Assembly: GCA_030527235.1 (NCBI GenBank)
Contig: JAUNBL010000005.1
Location: 9,798 to 73,797, forward strand
DNA: 64,000 nucleotides
Source: Clostridia bacterium
GTDB lineage: Bacteria; Bacillota; Clostridia; UMGS1883
Direction of reading: 5' to 3'
Part shown: in pieces, positions 34,798 through 43,537 of the stretch
Layout: every line of letters begins with the position of its first letter
Numbering within the stretch: position 1 is the stretch's first letter
The notes under the pieces: model-generated
What the model saw: only the letters and a program-made list of their open reading frames with translations
What the model was told of the DNA's origin: nothing
Database searches by the model: none
Made by a program: the position numbers and the translations under genes

Positions 34798-36459
34798 TTG
34801 AGAAAAGTGCTTCTGGTTGAGGATAACTTAATAAACAGAAAAATGCTGCACGATATTTTGTCCGATGACTATGACGTAATGGAAGCGCAGAACGGGCAGC
34901 AGGCGCTCGACATTCTGGCGCAGTGCGCAGAGGAAATTTCAATTATTTTGCTGGATATTGTAATGCCCATTATGGACGGCTACACGTTTTTGTCTATTGT
35001 GAAGAATACAGCCCAATACTCTTCGATTCCTATAATTGTGACAACGCATAACGACCATGAATCTGATGAGGTTTTGGCGCTTGAGCGCGGGGCAACGGAT
35101 TTTGTTACAAAGCCGTATAAGGCAAACGTCATTCTTCACAGAGTGGCAAGCCTTATAAAGCTGCGTGAAACCGCCGCAATGGTTAATTTGTATCAATACG
35201 ACCGCTTAACGGGACTTTATACGACGGAATATTTTTACCAGCAGGCGCGGAATATTCTTACCGGCAACCCTGATAAGACGTACGATATTGCCTGCTGTAA
35301 TATAGAAAAATTCAAGCTGTTGAATGACGTATTCGGAATTCCGGCGGGAGATGCTCTGATACGCGCTCTTGCGCAGATTATCAGTGAGTCTGTGGACAAA
35401 AGAGGTATTGCATGTCGTTTGTGGGCGGACCAGTTTGCTTGTATGGTGGAACGCCGCAGTAAATATAGCAACGAGGATTTTGAAAGAATCCTTGATATTC
35501 TCAAATCAAAATTCAATTTACAAAATGTTGTTATTAAATGGGGCATATGTCCCGTGGACGCTCAGGATTTGTCGGTGGAAAAAATGTGCGACAGGGCGAT
35601 GCTTGCGGCAAAGAGCATTTACGGACAGTACGGGAAACATTTTGCCGTGTATGATGATTTAATGCGGGGACAAATGCTTCAGGAGCAGGCAATTACGGAC
35701 GGTATGCAAGAAGCGCTAAACGAGAAACAGTTTGAAGTCTTTTTGCAGCCGCAGTTTAGCATTTCGCAAAATACAATAAGCGGTATTGAAGCGCTGGTTC
35801 GCTGGAAACATCCGGAGATGGGCTTTTTATCACCTGCGGCATTTATACCCGTGTTTGAAAAAAACGGATTCATAACGAAGCTCGATGAGTATGTCTGGGA
35901 CAGGGTGTGCGAGATGATGCGCGGCTGGGATGAAAAAGGCTATCCGAAACTTCCCGTTTCTGTAAATGTGTCAAGAGCTGACGTCTATAATGCGGATTTG
36001 CCGGACACACTGGCTCAAATAATTAAGAGCCATGCTCTGACTCCCGACCGGCTGCACCTTGAGGTAACCGAGAGCGCATATATAGGCAATTCCGAAAATA
36101 TTATCAGTATAATTGAAAAGCTGCGCAGCATGGGCTTTCCCATTGAAATGGATGACTTTGGCAGCGGATATTCGTCGCTAAACATGCTGAACGATTTGCC
36201 CATTGATGTGCTTAAACTGGATATGCGATTTGTTCAGAATAAGACCGGGAAGCCTATCCGCCACGAGATTTTACAGTTCATTATAGATTTGGCTAAGAAG
36301 ATGAAGCTCAAGCTGATTGCCGAGGGCGTGGAAACAAAAGAGCAGCTTGAGCGGCTTAGAGTAATAGGATGCGAGTATGTTCAGGGATACTATTTTGCGA
36401 AACCTATGTCTCAGCATGAATTTGAAGCGCTTTTAGAACGAGAAATGGCCAATGTGTGA
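34798..36459 (+). CDS. Response regulator: REC, degenerate GGDEF, and EAL (c-di-GMP phosphodiesterase)
   Basis: REC is shown by LLVEDN...LLDIVMPIMDG. The GGDEF-like domain has WADQF (35422-35436) where GGDEF would be. The EAL domain keeps EAL (35788-35796), NVS, EVTE, DDFGSGYSSL, KLD, EGVE and QGY. The TTG start follows GGGGAGG. Confidence 0.85.
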   Translation: MRKVLLVEDNLINRKMLHDILSDDYDVMEAQNGQQALDILAQCAEEISIILLDIVMPIMDGYTFLSIVKNTAQYSSIPIIVTTHNDHESDEVLALERGATDFVTKPYKANVILHRVASLIKLRETAAMVNLYQYDRLTGLYTTEYFYQQARNILTGNPDKTYDIACCNIEKFKLLNDVFGIPAGDALIRALAQIISESVDKRGIACRLWADQFACMVERRSKYSNEDFERILDILKSKFNLQNVVIKWGICPVDAQDLSVEKMCDRAMLAAKSIYGQYGKHFAVYDDLMRGQMLQEQAITDGMQEALNEKQFEVFLQPQFSISQNTISGIEALVRWKHPEMGFLSPAAFIPVFEKNGFITKLDEYVWDRVCEMMRGWDEKGYPKLPVSVNVSRADVYNADLPDTLAQIIKSHALTPDRLHLEVTESAYIGNSENIISIIEKLRSMGFPIEMDDFGSGYSSLNMLNDLPIDVLKLDMRFVQNKTGKPIRHEILQFIIDLAKKMKLKLIAEGVETKEQLERLRVIGCEYVQGYYFAKPMSQHEFEALLEREMANV

Positions 36460-36473
36460 AAGGACGGATTGTT

Positions 36474-36857
36474 ATGGGAGAGATTCGAGATACACGAGCT
36501 TTGTGTGAAGCATACGGCGTAAACTACGATGAAACCATGGAGCGATTTATGGGAAAGGAGAAATCATATCTAAAATTTTTGGGTATGCTGTTTGACGATG
36601 GCAGCCTTGACAGCCTGAAAACGGCGCTTGACAAAAATGATTTTGAAGGCGCTTTTCATTTTGCGCATACGCTAAAAGGGCTTAGCTCCAACTTGGGACT
36701 TGTGCGCATGTATGAACAGACTGTCGTAATTGTGGAAAGTCTGCGCACAAAGGATACAAAAGCAGATTATCAAGCAATGTACAACGTCCTTTTACAGCAG
36801 TTTGAAAAGGTGAAAGAGTTTTATGCGAAAATGCAAGAATGTGTAAATGAACAATAA
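36474..36857 (+). CDS. Stand-alone Hpt (histidine phosphotransfer) domain protein
   Basis: HFAHTLKGLSSNLGL has the HxxKG phospho-His motif, with the His codon at 36666-36668. It starts 14 nt after the REC-EAL stop. Confidence 0.7.
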   Translation: MGEIRDTRALCEAYGVNYDETMERFMGKEKSYLKFLGMLFDDGSLDSLKTALDKNDFEGAFHFAHTLKGLSSNLGLVRMYEQTVVIVESLRTKDTKADYQAMYNVLLQQFEKVKEFYAKMQECVNEQ

Positions 36858-36909
36858 TTTTTCAAAGATGACAACACAGAAATATCACAAAATAAAAGGA
36901 ACAAATTGC

Positions 36910-36938
36910 TTGACAACTTCGTTCAAATATATTAAACT
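36910..36938 (+). promoter_or_regulatory. Candidate promoter of the PepSY protein gene
   Basis: TTGACA, 17-nt spacer, TAAACT. Confidence 0.5.
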
Positions 36939-36997
36939 CTAAATGTGCCGGGCGTTGGCACGAAGAGAGAAAATTAATGAAAAAGGAGATGACTTAA

Positions 36998-37819
36998 ATG
37001 AAGAAAAAATTTACGGTGGTAGCGGCAGTTGTGATGTGCGTAATATGCGTGGCGATAGGAGCGACATGCGCGACTGTGGTACAGACGATTCAGGCTGAAA
37101 TCAGGCCCGACTTCAGCGTGGTGATTGACGGACAGGAGACAGTTTTCAAAAATGCACAGGGTGATGTCGTTTATCCGATGTTTTATAACGGCACAACATA
37201 TCTTCCCATCCGTGCGATAGGGGAAATGATGGGCAAGACGGTTTACTGGTATGAGGAAGATAAGCGCATAGAACTTAAAAGCGAAACTTCAACCGTGACC
37301 GATGCCGATGTTATAATCACAAGCGGGGGCGGCGCCGGACGTACTGCAATCACGACAAGCGGCAGTGAGATTACCCTGGACGAGGCAAAGGCGATTGCCC
37401 TTGACAAGGCAGGACTTGATGAGAGCGTGGTCACTTTTACAAAGGCAAAACTTGAGACTGACGACGGCGTTCGTGAGTATGATATTGAGTTCTGGAAAGA
37501 CAACGTGGAATATTCTGCGGAAATCCGCGCGTCGGACGGCGCTGTCTTGTCGTGGGATATTGACATGGAGAGGACGCTCAGCGACACAAGCGCATCCGTC
37601 GAACAGACGGGAGATATCGGCTTGGAAAAGGCTAAAGAGATTGCTCTTGCAAAGGCGGGGTTTGACGCTTCGGAGGTTGTTTTCACAGAAACATCTCTTG
37701 AGTATGACGATGGCAGACGCGTATACGAGATAGAATTTGTAAAAGACTATGTAGAGTATTCGGCAGAGATTCTCGCTTCAGACGGGACGCTTGTTTCCTG
37801 GGATATTGACAGAGACTGA
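36998..37819 (+). CDS. Secreted/anchored protein with copper-amine-oxidase N-terminal-like stalk domain and two PepSY domains
   Basis: N-terminal TM helix, then NGTTYLPIRAIGEMMGKTVYWYEEDKRIEL (Cu_amine_oxidN1-like). Two tandem repeats of about 68 aa end in VEYSAEI.ASDG...SWDID (about 37371-37570 and 37612-37816). Confidence 0.7.
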   Translation: MKKKFTVVAAVVMCVICVAIGATCATVVQTIQAEIRPDFSVVIDGQETVFKNAQGDVVYPMFYNGTTYLPIRAIGEMMGKTVYWYEEDKRIELKSETSTVTDADVIITSGGGAGRTAITTSGSEITLDEAKAIALDKAGLDESVVTFTKAKLETDDGVREYDIEFWKDNVEYSAEIRASDGAVLSWDIDMERTLSDTSASVEQTGDIGLEKAKEIALAKAGFDASEVVFTETSLEYDDGRRVYEIEFVKDYVEYSAEILASDGTLVSWDIDRD

Positions 37820-37831
37820 AGAATGCTTGAG

Positions 37832-37861
37832 AAGAACCCCGCTTTTATCGGCGGGGTTCTT
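37832..37861 (+). terminator. Hairpin after the PepSY gene (weak T-run)
   Basis: Stem AAGAACCCCGC / GCGGGGTTCTT. Confidence 0.4.
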
Positions 37862-37931
37862 AACTGAATTTTGATTGCGGCCGCAGCGTATGGCTTCGGC
37901 TGTTTGTTTTATTTTTCGCGGAGGTGAAAGT

Positions 37932-39515
37932 ATGCAAAGCACGCGCCGGGGACTTGCGTTTATATTGGCTATTTATATGTTTGCGGCGCCAGTTTGTTCT
38001 ATGGCGCGGGAGAGAGAAAGCGTAATGCTTGCCGCTGCGGATTATTTGGCGGCGCTGACTAAAAACCCACACACTGCCGTTACCGGGGGGGAATGGCTTG
38101 TTATTGGGCTTGCACGGAGCGGAGCGCCCTGCGGAGAACACGCGTCAAATTACTACCAAAATCTCTGTTCACATTTGCGCGAGCGAGGCGGAATTCTGAG
38201 CGCCAGCAAATATACGGAATATTCGCGCGCAGCGCTTGCGCTCACAGCGATAGGAGCGGATGCTTCCAATGTTGCGGGCTTTGACCTGACAAAACCTCTT
38301 GGAGATATTGAGAAGGTTGCCGCACAAGGCTGCAACGGTCCGATTTTTGCGCTTCTTGCGCTCGACTGCGGAAACTACTTTGCTGCTGAAGGCGTTCGAG
38401 AGGAACTTGTAGCCCGTATACTCTCGTGTCAGAGCGAGGAGGGCGGTTTCTGCGCAGCTCCCGGGACAAAGGCGGATGTGGATATTACGGCGATGGCGTT
38501 GTGCGCCCTTGCCGAATATACGCAGGATGCCGCCGTGCGCGCAGCGCAGGAGCGCGCGCTGGAGTTTCTTTCAAACAATCAGCTTGCCGGCGGAGGATTT
38601 GAAGGGGCGTACGGCGAAAGCGCGGAGAGCTGCGCACAGGTTCTGATTGCTTTGGCTGCGCTTGGTATCAGCGCGCAGGACGAGCGATTTGTAAAGGACT
38701 CCTATACCCCGATAGACGCTCTCCTTGCTTGTTATGTACCCGGCGAGGGGTTTTCCCGCATCGCGGGCGGGCAGACAGACCCTATGACAAGCGAGCAGGC
38801 GCTGTGCGCGCTTGCTGCATACAAGCGATTTGAAAACGGTGAAAGCGCTTTTTACGACATGAAGGACGCTGTGGTAATTTACGGCGGAGAAAGTACGTTT
38901 GGTCTGAACAACAGAAGTGAGAGAATCAATTTTGTACCACTGCTGTACCCTGGTAAAAGCTTTGAAGATATACAAACCATTGCTGCAAGGGAATCTATAG
39001 AGGCGCTTGCTGCACGAGGGATTATAAGCGGCAGAAGCGCCGGTGTGTTCGATGGGGAGGGAGGTATAACACGCGCGGAATTTGCCGTAATCATGACCCG
39101 CGCGCTCGGAATTGCCACGGAAAATGAATGCGCGTTTTCCGATGTCCACCCGAATTCCTGGTACTCTAACAGTGTCGCTGCTGCGCACAGCGCAGGTCTT
39201 ATAACCGGAGTGACAGAGAAACTGTTTTGCCCCAACGATATGGTAACTCGTGCGCAAGGCGCTGTTATCTTAGCTCGTGCCGCAAGCTTGTGCGGGCTTG
39301 AAACGGATTTTACCGATTCCGCCGTGCGCGATGTGCTTTCACAGTTTGAAGACTATACAACTGTAGAATCATGGGCGCGTAAAGCTCTTGCGTTTTGCTT
39401 TGAAAGTGGTATAATGGAACAAAGCGCAATGGAAATCGGAGCTGATTTACCGTTGGAAAGATGTCAGAGCGCGCAAATGGTCTATGAACTTATGCGTCTG
39501 GCAAGGCTTTTGTGA
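37932..39515 (+). CDS. SLH-anchored surface protein with prenyltransferase/terpene-cyclase-like alpha/alpha-barrel domain
   Basis: GGAGGTG precedes the ATG at 37932, and a signal peptide follows. Repeated helical-hairpin motifs (GEWLVIGLARSG, GPIFALLALD, EEGGFC, AGGGFEG) span about 38030-38870. Three SLH repeats lie at about 38959-39512. Confidence 0.7.
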   Translation: MQSTRRGLAFILAIYMFAAPVCSMARERESVMLAAADYLAALTKNPHTAVTGGEWLVIGLARSGAPCGEHASNYYQNLCSHLRERGGILSASKYTEYSRAALALTAIGADASNVAGFDLTKPLGDIEKVAAQGCNGPIFALLALDCGNYFAAEGVREELVARILSCQSEEGGFCAAPGTKADVDITAMALCALAEYTQDAAVRAAQERALEFLSNNQLAGGGFEGAYGESAESCAQVLIALAALGISAQDERFVKDSYTPIDALLACYVPGEGFSRIAGGQTDPMTSEQALCALAAYKRFENGESAFYDMKDAVVIYGGESTFGLNNRSERINFVPLLYPGKSFEDIQTIAARESIEALAARGIISGRSAGVFDGEGGITRAEFAVIMTRALGIATENECAFSDVHPNSWYSNSVAAAHSAGLITGVTEKLFCPNDMVTRAQGAVILARAASLCGLETDFTDSAVRDVLSQFEDYTTVESWARKALAFCFESGIMEQSAMEIGADLPLERCQSAQMVYELMRLARLL

Positions 39516-39539
39516 GAATAGAAAAGGAGCTATCTAACA

Positions 39540-40229
39540 ATGCGCAGTAAGGTTGTAACAGTTATCATTATTTTAGCAGTTCTCGCTTCAGCGTATTTCT
39601 TTACCCCGCGCCTGACACAAAAGGCGGAGGCGCCTTTGCCGACCAATCCTGCGCTGCCGGCTGAGCAGACCAATCAAACCGAAGCGAAAATTCAGCCCGA
39701 TGCAATAATTCAAACGGAACCGCTTCTGCCGGAAACAGCGCCGAGCTCAGCTTCTGTTCAAACAGAGTCTCCGAGTGAGGCGGAGGTTGAAAAAGAGCTT
39801 GAGCTGTTATGCACAATAGAGGTGGAGTGCAAGACAATTCTTAACAATATGGGAAATCTTAACTCAGACAAGAAAGAGCTTGTCCCGACAAGCGGGGTGA
39901 TTTTCGCAAAAACATCCGCCGTATTTTACCCTGGCGAGAGCGTGTTTAACGTACTGCGTCGCGAGATGAAGAAGGCTCAGGTGCATTTTGAGTTTGTAAA
40001 CACGCCTCTTTATAACAGCGTCTATGTTGAGGGGATAAACAACCTTTACGAGTTTGACTGCGGCCCGCTTTCGGGCTGGATGTACAGTGTAAACGGCGTT
40101 TTCCCAAACTACGGCTGTTCACGCTATGAGCTTTGCGGCGGCGATGAGATTAAATTGGTGTACACGTGTGATTTAGGCCGTGACGTGGGCGGCGACTATG
40201 CCGCGAATAAGGGGCTTTACGATGAATGA
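39540..40229 (+). CDS. DUF4430 (transcobalamin beta-domain-like) protein with N-terminal anchor and P/E/T/Q-rich linker
   Basis: N-terminal TM helix and a low-complexity linker. The C-terminal domain carries GPLSGWMYSVNG...GDEIKLVY, typical of DUF4430. Confidence 0.75.
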   Translation: MRSKVVTVIIILAVLASAYFFTPRLTQKAEAPLPTNPALPAEQTNQTEAKIQPDAIIQTEPLLPETAPSSASVQTESPSEAEVEKELELLCTIEVECKTILNNMGNLNSDKKELVPTSGVIFAKTSAVFYPGESVFNVLRREMKKAQVHFEFVNTPLYNSVYVEGINNLYEFDCGPLSGWMYSVNGVFPNYGCSRYELCGGDEIKLVYTCDLGRDVGGDYAANKGLYDE

Positions 40230-41103
40230 ATTCAAAAATTTCCACCCTCTCGTGAACGTGGTGTATTTTGCGCTTGTGATGCTGCTTTCCGCAATTTTGA
40301 CACACCCTGTCTGTCTTGCCGTATCGCTCTCTTGCAGCGTATGCTTTGCATTGCTTCTGAACAATGGGAAAGCCGGCAGGACAGTTTTGTTTATATTGCC
40401 TGCGGCTCTTTTTGCCGCACTTATAAATGTTGCCTTCAATCACCGCGGCGCAACGATTTTGGCGTACTTTCCGAGCGGCAATCCGTTCACAATGGAGTCC
40501 GCTGCATATGGCGCCGCCGCCGCCGCGATGGTTGTTACCTCGGTGTGCTGGGCTATGGGTCTTGTAAAAACGCTGACCAGCGATAAGATAGTTTATCTTT
40601 TTTCAAAATCATCTCCCTCGCTGTCGCTTGTATTGTCCATGACGCTGCGGTTTGTGCCGCTTTTTACAATGCGACTTAAAACCGTCGCCGCCGCGCAAAA
40701 GGGGCTTGGCGGAGGCGAAAAAAGCTCTGTACGAGCACGGGTCAGAAATGCAATTTCGGTTTTGTCGATAGTGCTGACTTGGAGCATGGAAAACGCGATT
40801 CAGACGGCGGACAGTATGAAAGGGCGCGGGTATTCTCTGCCTAACCGAAGCGCGTTTTCGATTTTTCGCTTTGACAAACGCGACGGCGCAGCAATGGTCT
40901 ATATAATGCTTTTTGGTGCATCTACTGCGGCGGCGTATTTTTCAGGGGCGATACGGTTTTCGTATTTCCCGATTTTTAAAACATCTCAGCCGTCACCCAT
41001 GACGGCCGTAGGAATGGCGGCGTTTTTGATGCTGTGCGTAATGCCTATAGCCATAAACCTGTGGGAGGGATACAGATGGAAATCGTTAAAGCCGAAAGTT
41101 TGA
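40222..41103 (+). CDS. ECF transporter transmembrane (T) component, CbiQ/EcfT family
   Basis: Polytopic CbiQ-like protein. Its ATG overlaps the DUF4430 gene by 8 nt. Confidence 0.75.
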   Translation: MNEFKNFHPLVNVVYFALVMLLSAILTHPVCLAVSLSCSVCFALLLNNGKAGRTVLFILPAALFAALINVAFNHRGATILAYFPSGNPFTMESAAYGAAAAAMVVTSVCWAMGLVKTLTSDKIVYLFSKSSPSLSLVLSMTLRFVPLFTMRLKTVAAAQKGLGGGEKSSVRARVRNAISVLSIVLTWSMENAIQTADSMKGRGYSLPNRSAFSIFRFDKRDGAAMVYIMLFGASTAAAYFSGAIRFSYFPIFKTSQPSPMTAVGMAAFLMLCVMPIAINLWEGYRWKSLKPKV

Positions 41104-43502
41104 GTTTTAGGTATCCTTGCGCGGCAGAGGACACGCTTCGGGATATTTCGTTTTCCGTTGCGCGCGGGGAGTTCGTCGTGGTTTGCGGAATGACGGGCTG
41201 CGGAAAATCCACGCTGCTGCGGCAGCTTAAACCTTCTCTTGCGCCCCAAGGCGAGAGGAGTGGGGAAATCTTTTTTGAAGGCGCGGCTCTTTATGATATG
41301 TCTTTTGAGGCGCAAAGCCGCAAAATAGGCTTTGTGGCACAGGAGGCGGAGGGACAGGTTGTAACGGACAAAGTCTGGCACGAGATGGCGTTTGTCCTTG
41401 AGAGCTTTGGCTTGCCGAGTGAACAGATACGCGCGCGCGTTGCGGAAACGGCGTGCTTTTTCGGGATACAGTCATGGTTTTACAAGGATGTGAGTACACT
41501 CTCGGGCGGGCAAAAACAAATTCTGAATCTTGCCTCAGTGATGGTGGCGGAGCCATCGCTTTTGCTTTTAGATGAGCCGACAAGCTCGCTTGACCCTGTG
41601 GCGGCAAAAACGTTTTTTGAAACTCTCGCAAGGATAAACAGGGAGACCGGGACCACTATAGTTTTATCAGAGCATCGCATGGAAGACGTTTTTCCTCTTG
41701 CTGACAGAGTTATAGTGATGGATGCGGGAAAAATCATAGCGGACGGAACACTTTCCGAAATTTCACTCAAATTGAAGGAACTAAACCACCCGTTAATAAG
41801 TGCCTTGCCTACCCCGATGCGTATATTTACGGCTTTAGGCGGGGATGGCGAAAGTCCCGTCACGGTTCGCGAAGGGTGCGAGTGGCTTACAGACTTTGCA
41901 AGGAAGCACACTCACAGCGAAAAGCTCTTTGACAGAGGCGAGAGCTTTGCATCAGACGAGACCGCAGCGGAATTGGACAATGTGTGGTTTGCATATGCAA
42001 AAGATGCCCTGCCTGTGCTGACGGGAGTTTCACTCAAAGTGCGCAAGGGCGAGTTCTATGCCATACTGGGAGGAAACGGAGCCGGAAAAACAACGGCGCT
42101 GTCTCTCATAAGCGGCGCAAACGAACCGTTTAGAGGGAAAGTAAAGCTGTTTGGGAAGAAAAAACGTCCGGGGTATGACCCACGAGTAGCTTTGCTGCCT
42201 CAGGAGCCACAGTCGCTTTTTTTGAAGAGTACCTTGGAGCTTGATTTATATGAAAAACTCGGAAGCGACAAAAAAAGTTCTGTCGAGCGCGTGATGAAAC
42301 TTTGCGAGATAGAACACCTACGAAACAGTCATCCCTATGACCTTTCCGGCGGAGAAAAGCAGCGTGCTGCGCTGGCGAAGGTGATTTTATCCGAGCCTGA
42401 TATTTTGCTTTTGGATGAGCCGACAAAGGGACTTGATGCGGCATTTAAGTATGCATTTGCGCAAATCCTCTCCACCTTGCGCATTAACGGCATGACAATC
42501 ATCATGGTGTCACACGATGTGGAGTTTTGTGCAAGATACGCCGACAGGTGCGCAATGTTTTTTGAAGGCACCGTTGTCAGCGAGGGCGAACCGAGAGAGT
42601 TTTTTGCGCAAAAGAGCTTCTACACCACTGTGGCAAACCGCATGGCGCGCCCCGTGCTGCCGGACGCTATTTTGGCGGAAGATATCATACTTGCCTACGG
42701 CGGCGAGATAGCAAAGCCGCCCGAATACGAGCCGCCGAAAGCGCCTTTGGAAAAGGCAGAAACAAAGGAGCCGAAGGTTAGGGAGCGAAGTTCGTGGAAA
42801 AAGGAACGCGTAGTTTGGCTCATACTTTGTGTTTTGATACCGTTCACGATATTTTTTGGCATTCGTTTTATGGAGGACAGAAAATACTTTTTTATATCCC
42901 TGCTTATCGTTTTGGAGTCTATCGCGGCATTTTGCACCGTGTTTGAAAAACGTTCGCCGCACGCGCGGGAAATAGTCACACTAAGCACTCTCGCGGCGCT
43001 GGCGGTTGCATCGCGATTGGTGTTCTTTGCGCTGCCTCAGTTTAAGCCGCTTGCGGCAGTAGTGATAATTGCCGGCGTCAGCCTTGGCGCCGAAGCTGGT
43101 TTTCTGGTGGGCGCGGTTGCCGCGTTTGTGTCAAATATGTTTTTCGGACAAGGTCCGTGGACGCCGTGGCAGATGTTTGCCTTCGGAATGGTAGGCGCGG
43201 TTGCAGGAGCGCTTTTTAACAGCCCAATCCTGCAAAACCTGAAAAAAAAGAAGACCCCGCTGTGTGTTTTCGGAGCGCTTGCTGTAATGCTTATATACGG
43301 CGGTATAATGAATGCCGCCTCAGTGCTGATGTGGCAGCAAAATCCCACGGTGCAGATGTTTTCCGCAGAATATGTCTCAGGCGTTCCGTTTGATGCCGTT
43401 CATGCCACAGGAGTGGTGTTTTTCCTCTATTTTGCCGCAGAACCGATACTCGAAAAAATCGAAAGAATAAAAAACAAATACGGCGTAATGAAGCGCAATT
43501 AA
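41076..43502 (+). CDS. Fused ECF ATPase-ATPase-membrane (S-component-like) protein, 808 aa
   Basis: There are two ABC cassettes (GMTGCGKST / LSGGQKQ / LLLLDEPTSSLD and GGNGAGKTT / LSGGEKQ / LLLLDEPTKGLD). A hydrophobic multi-TM C-terminal domain of about 230 aa follows (from about 42816; QGPWTPWQM motif). The ATG at 41076 follows GGGAGGGA. Confidence 0.75.
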   Translation: MEIVKAESLSFRYPCAAEDTLRDISFSVARGEFVVVCGMTGCGKSTLLRQLKPSLAPQGERSGEIFFEGAALYDMSFEAQSRKIGFVAQEAEGQVVTDKVWHEMAFVLESFGLPSEQIRARVAETACFFGIQSWFYKDVSTLSGGQKQILNLASVMVAEPSLLLLDEPTSSLDPVAAKTFFETLARINRETGTTIVLSEHRMEDVFPLADRVIVMDAGKIIADGTLSEISLKLKELNHPLISALPTPMRIFTALGGDGESPVTVREGCEWLTDFARKHTHSEKLFDRGESFASDETAAELDNVWFAYAKDALPVLTGVSLKVRKGEFYAILGGNGAGKTTALSLISGANEPFRGKVKLFGKKKRPGYDPRVALLPQEPQSLFLKSTLELDLYEKLGSDKKSSVERVMKLCEIEHLRNSHPYDLSGGEKQRAALAKVILSEPDILLLDEPTKGLDAAFKYAFAQILSTLRINGMTIIMVSHDVEFCARYADRCAMFFEGTVVSEGEPREFFAQKSFYTTVANRMARPVLPDAILAEDIILAYGGEIAKPPEYEPPKAPLEKAETKEPKVRERSSWKKERVVWLILCVLIPFTIFFGIRFMEDRKYFFISLLIVLESIAAFCTVFEKRSPHAREIVTLSTLAALAVASRLVFFALPQFKPLAAVVIIAGVSLGAEAGFLVGAVAAFVSNMFFGQGPWTPWQMFAFGMVGAVAGALFNSPILQNLKKKKTPLCVFGALAVMLIYGGIMNAASVLMWQQNPTVQMFSAEYVSGVPFDAVHATGVVFFLYFAAEPILEKIERIKNKYGVMKRN

Positions 43503-43523
43503 AGGCTGCAAATTGCAGCCTTT
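43501..43523. terminator. Short palindromic hairpin between the convergent ECF and nrdD genes
   Basis: AAAGGCTGCAAATTGCAGCCTTT. Confidence 0.4.
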
Positions 43524-43537
43524 GATTGTAGTTTTGT

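Noticed and set aside
37820-37931. Cobalamin riboswitch upstream of the DUF4430/ECF operon
   Set aside because: The region is too short and consists of the previous gene's hairpin plus an RBS. No B12-box-like sequence was seen.
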